Of a stretch of 64,000 nt of DNA, positions 59,131 to 64,000 are shown piece by piece. The DNA lies in NCBI GenBank assembly GCA_964568455.1, contig CAZMPJ010000002.1, positions 21,769 through 85,768 of the forward strand, written 5' to 3'. The notes under the pieces are model-generated. The model made no database searches. It was not told the DNA's origin and saw only the letters and a program-made list of their open reading frames with translations. Source of the DNA: an uncultured bacterium (GTDB lineage: Bacteria; Margulisbacteria; WOR-1; O2-12-FULL-45-9). The translations under genes and the position numbers were made by a program. Position 1 is the first letter of the stretch. Each line of letters opens with the position of its first letter.

Positions 59131-60585
59131 ATGTTTGAGCAATCATTTAAAAATATAGACAATATTCTCTGGAAAGACGCTGGGGTTTCGAGTGAGCTGG
59201 ATTATGTTGAACAAACTTCTTGGATTCTTTTTCTTAAATATCTTGATGATTTAGAAAAAGATAAAAAGACCGAAGCAGAGCTTGCCGGTAAAAAATATAA
59301 AAATATTATTGATCCCAGGTTTAGATGGGAAAACTGGGCAGTCCCCAAGGTTGCTGACGGGAAAATTGATCGCAAAGAAGCCCTTACAGGCGATGATTTA
59401 AAGGATTTTGTTGACCACAAACTTTTTCCTTATCTTAAAAGATTTAAAAGCAATGCTTATGAGCCTGATACGATAGAATATAAAATCGGTGAAATATTTA
59501 ATGAACTAAAAAACAAAATTCATAGTGGCCGTGTTTTACGTGATATTTTTAATGTTATTGACGACTTACATTTTCGCTCGCAAAAGGAGAAGTGTGAGCT
59601 TTCTCATCTTTATGAAGGCAAGATTAAAAATATGGGTAATGCTGGTCGTAATGGGGGAGAGTATTATACGCCGCGTCCGTTGATCAAAACCATTGTCAAA
59701 GTAGTGGCCCCTAAAATTGGTAACAAAATATATGATGGAGCCGTTGGCTCGGCAGGATTTTTAGTTGAAGCTTTTGAGTATCTTAAAGAAAGCAAGAATC
59801 TTTCTACCAAAGACTTAGAAACATTGCAGAAAAAGACCTTTTTTGGAAAAGAAAAAAAACCACTGGCTTATATTATTGGTATTATGAATATGATCCTTCA
59901 TGGTATTGAGGCACCGAATATTATCCGTAGGAATACGTTGGCCGAGAATATTTTGGATATTCAGGAAAAGGATCGCTACGATATTGTTTTGGCCAATCCT
60001 CCTTTTGGTGGTAAGGAACGTGCCGAAGTTCAGCACAATTTTCCTATTAAAACTGGCGAGACGGCTTTTCTCTTCTTACAGCACTTTATAAAGATTTTAA
60101 AGGCTGGAGGAAAAGGCGGCATAGTCATTAAAAATACGTTTCTTTCCAATACTGATAACGCGGCTGTTTCTCTGCGCAAGCTTTTGCTGGAAAGCTGTAA
60201 TCTTCATACCGTACTTGATTTACCGGGAGGGACTTTTCAAGGTGCTGGTGTCAAAACAGTAGTCCTCTTTTTTGAAAAAGGCAAGCCGACGAAGAAAGTT
60301 TGGTACTATCAGCTTAATCTGGATAGAAATTTGGGTAAAACCAATCCGCTTAACGAAAAGGACCTGGCGGAATTTTTGAAATTGCAAAAGAAAATGGCAA
60401 AATCGGAAAATTCGTGGTCAGTGAATGTGAAGGATATCGATCAAAAGACTTTTGACCTGTCGGTGAAGAATTCGAATAAGGGTGGGGAAGTTGCGTTGAG
60501 GGAGCCTAAGGAGGTTTTGGAGGAGATGAGGAAGTTGAATTACGAAAGTAAAAAGATTTTAGAAATGATTAGGAAGGATGTTTAG
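59131..60585 (+). CDS. hsdM: type I restriction-modification system methyltransferase subunit
   Basis: N-terminal HsdM_N region and NPPFGG catalytic motif. SAM-binding motif region (DGAVGSAGFL). Confidence 0.85.
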   Translation: MFEQSFKNIDNILWKDAGVSSELDYVEQTSWILFLKYLDDLEKDKKTEAELAGKKYKNIIDPRFRWENWAVPKVADGKIDRKEALTGDDLKDFVDHKLFPYLKRFKSNAYEPDTIEYKIGEIFNELKNKIHSGRVLRDIFNVIDDLHFRSQKEKCELSHLYEGKIKNMGNAGRNGGEYYTPRPLIKTIVKVVAPKIGNKIYDGAVGSAGFLVEAFEYLKESKNLSTKDLETLQKKTFFGKEKKPLAYIIGIMNMILHGIEAPNIIRRNTLAENILDIQEKDRYDIVLANPPFGGKERAEVQHNFPIKTGETAFLFLQHFIKILKAGGKGGIVIKNTFLSNTDNAAVSLRKLLLESCNLHTVLDLPGGTFQGAGVKTVVLFFEKGKPTKKVWYYQLNLDRNLGKTNPLNEKDLAEFLKLQKKMAKSENSWSVNVKDIDQKTFDLSVKNSNKGGEVALREPKEVLEEMRKLNYESKKILEMIRKDV

Positions 60586-60590
60586 ATGAC

Positions 60591-61841
60591 ATGGCAAAAC
60601 AAAATAAACAAGAGTATCTAAAAAGCAACCTAAGAACTAAAAAGGTGTTTTATTATCGCGATGATAAAGAGGGGATAGACGTTTTGTCTCGTGAAGTGTT
60701 TAAAAGGAAGTTCCTTGAAATTCATTATCCTTTTAATAGAAATGGTAATCAAAAATACAAATTCATAGGATCTATTGAGTTCCATGGAGTCTCTCCGAGG
60801 AATATAAATGGCATATATAAAGCCGTAAATTATGGGCTTGGCTTTACAAAAAACCTGAGCCCCATAATTTATAGTTTAGAAAAATTCCCTTCAATAATTA
60901 AAATTGTAATTTCCCAAAATGTTAAATCAAAGATAATGAAAGATGCTGTAGTTTTTAGTGTAAAAGATTTGGAGGGCATATTTAACACAATTAAACCTTT
61001 AAAGGAAGTTCAATCTTCGGAATTAAAAAGAGTTGCTAGTAACACGCTATCTGAGGTTTTCCCTGGAAAAATAAAACATAGGGCCCGATCATATAATAAA
61101 GGTGAATTGGCTTTGTTTATTAAAGACAAAAAGGTTTCTTCTGCGGGACTCTCCGACACAGATGTTAGTAGATTGATAGAAATAATTCCTGAAAAGATTA
61201 AAGAAGAGAAAGTCGTCTATAGGGCTGAGGAGAAAATTAGATTTATAAAACTTGAAAGGGTTAAAAATGAATTCCTGAGAATAGTAAATCAAAAAACAGA
61301 CACTAAAAAACTTGAGGAGAAGTGCCAACTATTCTTTGCAAAAAATAGCTGGATTCTCTCTAACATCTTATCTATGCCTGTTGTATTTCTTAATGGCAAG
61401 GCTTATGTTGGAGGGAAAGGATGTGATAACAAAGGAGGAAAAGAAGCGGACTTTTTATTTAGAAATAAATTAACAAAGAATGTATTTATAGTTGAGATTA
61501 AAACTCCTCTAAAGAAAATTATTGATGGTGATGCTCCGTATAGAATGCCCAATATTTTTAGTATGGGAAAAGAACTGACTGGAGGAATCGTTCAGGTCTT
61601 AAATCAGAGAGACAGCTTACAAAAGGAGTTTTACTCTATATCAAAAGGCAAGTTTAAGGCGCTCAATCCGAAGTGCGTGTTACTGATTGGTCGACTCAAA
61701 GGCTTAAAAAAGGAACAACTGGAGTCCTTTGAGTTGTTTAGAAGCAACATTAATGATTGCGAAATTATTACATACGATGAGCTTCTTGCAAGAACTAACT
61801 TAGTGTTAGGGCAATTCGTTGATAAAAAAAAGAAAAAGTAA
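60591..61841 (+). CDS. Shedu-like (DUF4263-type) PD-(D/E)xK nuclease-domain protein embedded in the type I R-M operon
   Basis: The C-terminal third carries D...(FIV)EIK (EADFLF..NVFIVEIKTP), VQVLNQ, CVLLIGRL and ...IITYDELL, matching the DUF4263 nuclease core and C-terminal signature. The N-terminal roughly 250 aa has no recognisable similarity. Confidence 0.45.
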   Translation: MAKQNKQEYLKSNLRTKKVFYYRDDKEGIDVLSREVFKRKFLEIHYPFNRNGNQKYKFIGSIEFHGVSPRNINGIYKAVNYGLGFTKNLSPIIYSLEKFPSIIKIVISQNVKSKIMKDAVVFSVKDLEGIFNTIKPLKEVQSSELKRVASNTLSEVFPGKIKHRARSYNKGELALFIKDKKVSSAGLSDTDVSRLIEIIPEKIKEEKVVYRAEEKIRFIKLERVKNEFLRIVNQKTDTKKLEEKCQLFFAKNSWILSNILSMPVVFLNGKAYVGGKGCDNKGGKEADFLFRNKLTKNVFIVEIKTPLKKIIDGDAPYRMPNIFSMGKELTGGIVQVLNQRDSLQKEFYSISKGKFKALNPKCVLLIGRLKGLKKEQLESFELFRSNINDCEIITYDELLARTNLVLGQFVDKKKKK

Positions 61842-62970
61842 AAAATCTGATTGGCAAACAAAAAAACTCGAAGACTCTATAGAAAAAGTCGTGTACCCAA
61901 ATAAAATCCCAAGGAAGAAATTTTTAGTATCAGGTATATTCCCTGTTATTTCGCAAGAGGCTGATTTTATAAATGGATATTGGGATGATGCGGCGGATGT
62001 GTTCAAAGTTGGCGCTCCTGTTATTATCTTTGGTGATCATACGCAAGTCTTAAAGTATGTTGACCATGATTTTGTTTTAGGCGCGGATGGGGTAAAAATC
62101 TTAAAGCCCAAAAAGTTTTTAGGTGCGAGGTTCTTTTATTATTTTCTGCAAAGCATTGATTTAAAAAATTTAGGGTATGCTAGACATTACAGATTGCTGA
62201 AAGAAATTGAAATTTCATACCCTGAATCCCTCTCCGAACAATGCCACATCGTAAAGAAATTAGATAAAATCTTTGCCGATATCGAAAAAGCCAAACAGAA
62301 CGCCCAAAAGAATCTCCAAAACGCCCGCGAGTTTTTTGAATCATATTTGCAGGGTACGTTGGCCAAACCAGGTAAAGGGTGGGGGGAAAAGAGGTTGGGG
62401 GATGTGTTTGAGATTCAAAGAGGGGGTTCCCCGAGGCCTATTCAGAAATATTTGACAGATGATGAGAATGGTATTAACTGGATTAAGATTGGAGATACAC
62501 AGGGGATCTCTAAATATATTTATAAAACAAGGCAGAAAATTAAACCAGAAGGTGTAAGGCGATCAAGATTGGTAAAAGAGGGGGATTTTATCCTTTCAAA
62601 CTCAATGAGTTTTGGAAGACCATACATAATGAAAACAACCGGGTGCATTCATGACGGCTGGCTGCTTTTAAGGGAAAAAACAGAAACGGTTGATAAGAAT
62701 TATTTATACTTCATGCTTGGATCAAGTTTAGTATTCAGGCAATTCGATAAACTTGCAGCAGGTTCAACTGTGAGAAATCTAAATATAGGTTTAGTAAAAA
62801 GCGTAATTATTCCTATTCCTCCACTCTCAGAACAAAAGCGTATCGTTGCCAAGCTCGATGCCCTTTCTGCCAAAACCAAAAAGCTGGAAGTAATTTATCA
62901 ACAGAAACTGGCCGATCTGGAAGAATTGAAAAAAGCGGTACTTAATAAGGCGTTTGCGGGGGAATTATAG
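61819..62970 (+). CDS. hsdS: type I restriction-modification system specificity subunit
   Basis: Two target-recognition domains separated by the conserved LSEQCHIVKKLDKIFADIEKAK helix and ending with LSEQKRIVAKLDALSAKTKKLE. TTG start lies inside an A-rich tract. Confidence 0.75.
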   Translation: MIKKRKSKKSDWQTKKLEDSIEKVVYPNKIPRKKFLVSGIFPVISQEADFINGYWDDAADVFKVGAPVIIFGDHTQVLKYVDHDFVLGADGVKILKPKKFLGARFFYYFLQSIDLKNLGYARHYRLLKEIEISYPESLSEQCHIVKKLDKIFADIEKAKQNAQKNLQNAREFFESYLQGTLAKPGKGWGEKRLGDVFEIQRGGSPRPIQKYLTDDENGINWIKIGDTQGISKYIYKTRQKIKPEGVRRSRLVKEGDFILSNSMSFGRPYIMKTTGCIHDGWLLLREKTETVDKNYLYFMLGSSLVFRQFDKLAAGSTVRNLNIGLVKSVIIPIPPLSEQKRIVAKLDALSAKTKKLEVIYQQKLADLEELKKAVLNKAFAGEL

Positions 62971-62976
62971 TATTAT

Positions 62977-64000
62977 ATGGATATGAACGAAGCCGAAACA
63001 CGAGCCGAATATATTGACCCAAAGCTCAAAGCGAGTGGGTGGGGTGAAGTAGAAGGATCAAAAATCCTACGTGAACATCGTTTTACTGAAGGTAGGATCA
63101 AAATAGGTGGAAAGCGTGGTAAAGAGGAAATTGCTGACTATCTCCTGGTATACAAAAATCAAAAACTAGCAGTTGCTGAAGCTAAGAAATTGGAGTTACC
63201 CGTTGAGGAAGGGGTGGCTCAGGCAAAAACATACGCGGAAAAGTTAGGGATTCCTTATGCCTATTCAACCAATGGCAAAGAAATTTACGAAATCAATATG
63301 ATTACTGGACAAGAAGGTCCAATTGATAGATTTCCAGATCCAGAAGAGCTGTGGAATAAGATTTATGCTGATCATAATGATTGGAAAAAGAAATTCTCTA
63401 CAATCCCGTTTGAAGATGTTGGAGGCACAAAAACGGTTCGCTATTATCAAGAAATAGCGGTTAATAATGTCCTTGATGCCATTGCCGAAGAAAAACAGCG
63501 GGTTCTACTTACAATGGCTACTGGAACAGGCAAAACTTTTATTGCTTTTCAGATAGCGTGGAAACTTTTTCAAACGCGTTGGAACTTAAAACGCGATGGC
63601 GAAAGACGACCAAGAATATTATTCCTGGCTGATCGCAATATTTTAGCTGATCAAGCCTTCAATTCTTTTTCACCCTTTCCAGAAGACGCTTTAGAGCGCA
63701 TAAAACCGTTAGATATTCGCAAAAAGGGAAGTGTCCCAACTAGCGGTAATATATTCTTCACTATCTTTCAAACTTTTATGAGTGGGCCTAATAATACGTC
63801 TTATTATGGCGATTACCCCAAGGACTTTTTTGACATCATTATTATTGATGAGTGTCATCGTGGTGGAGCTAATGATGAATCAAACTGGCGGGATATTATG
63901 GAGTATTTCTCTCCGGCAGTTCAGATTGGTTTAACTGCTACACCAAAAAGAAAAGATAATATTGATACCTATCGGTATTTTGGCGAGCCAGTCTATATTT
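62977..64000 (+). CDS. hsdR: type I restriction enzyme R subunit, 3' end outside window
   Basis: N-terminal HsdR_N region (AETRAEYIDPKL..GW) and DEAD-like helicase motif I (MATGTGKT). Motif II DECHRG follows at about 63841. Confidence 0.8.
   Translation, partial: MDMNEAETRAEYIDPKLKASGWGEVEGSKILREHRFTEGRIKIGGKRGKEEIADYLLVYKNQKLAVAEAKKLELPVEEGVAQAKTYAEKLGIPYAYSTNGKEIYEINMITGQEGPIDRFPDPEELWNKIYADHNDWKKKFSTIPFEDVGGTKTVRYYQEIAVNNVLDAIAEEKQRVLLTMATGTGKTFIAFQIAWKLFQTRWNLKRDGERRPRILFLADRNILADQAFNSFSPFPEDALERIKPLDIRKKGSVPTSGNIFFTIFQTFMSGPNNTSYYGDYPKDFFDIIIIDECHRGGANDESNWRDIMEYFSPAVQIGLTATPKRKDNIDTYRYFGEPVYI

Overview
This 64 kb window comes from an AT-rich bacterium that is a diderm with peptidoglycan. 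It carries lipopolysaccharide transport genes lptB, lptD and two lptF/G-type permeases, plus lnt and a PBP2/FtsI transpeptidase. The lineage cannot be assigned from sequence alone. No rRNA, CRISPR array, transposase or integrase was found.

Most of the window is a housekeeping backbone. Identified genes are rel/spoT (5' partial), holB, yaaT/ricT, rpsU, lptF/G-like, a TPR protein, lptD, lnt, lptB, trpD, glyQ, glyS, gpsA, plsY, efp, accB, recJ, purD, rdgB, a U32 peptidase, holA, a PBP and an MBL hydrolase. Eleven tRNA genes are present, including a six-tRNA array at 40.5-41.0 kb.

Accessory or unusual content falls in six places:
- 20.2-27.3 kb: a GtrB-like GT2 flanked by three very large polytopic membrane proteins. 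Two of these are tandem paralogs with C-terminal carbohydrate-binding-like domains.
- 35.4-38.6 kb: a polyamine operon with homospermidine synthase and an ornithine-decarboxylase-family enzyme, followed by an odd lysine-tailed beta-barrel protein.
- 43.4-44.4 kb: a YchF-like protein with a degenerate P-loop.
- 44.4-49.9 kb: a structured 290-nt leader, then three radical-SAM genes (one with a C-terminal SEC-C zinc motif and a poly-Lys tail) interleaved with a pyruvoyl-dependent arginine decarboxylase and yggS.
- 57.0-64.0 kb: a defence island. It holds an ORF6N-domain protein, a secreted hypothetical, a dense repeat/operator array, and a type I R-M operon (hsdM, hsdS, hsdR) with a Shedu-like (DUF4263-type) PD-(D/E)xK protein inserted between hsdM and hsdS.
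- A short GC-rich dispersed repeat (CCCCTCGAC-N-CTCGGGG) occurs three times, at 15.4, 38.7 and 50.7 kb.
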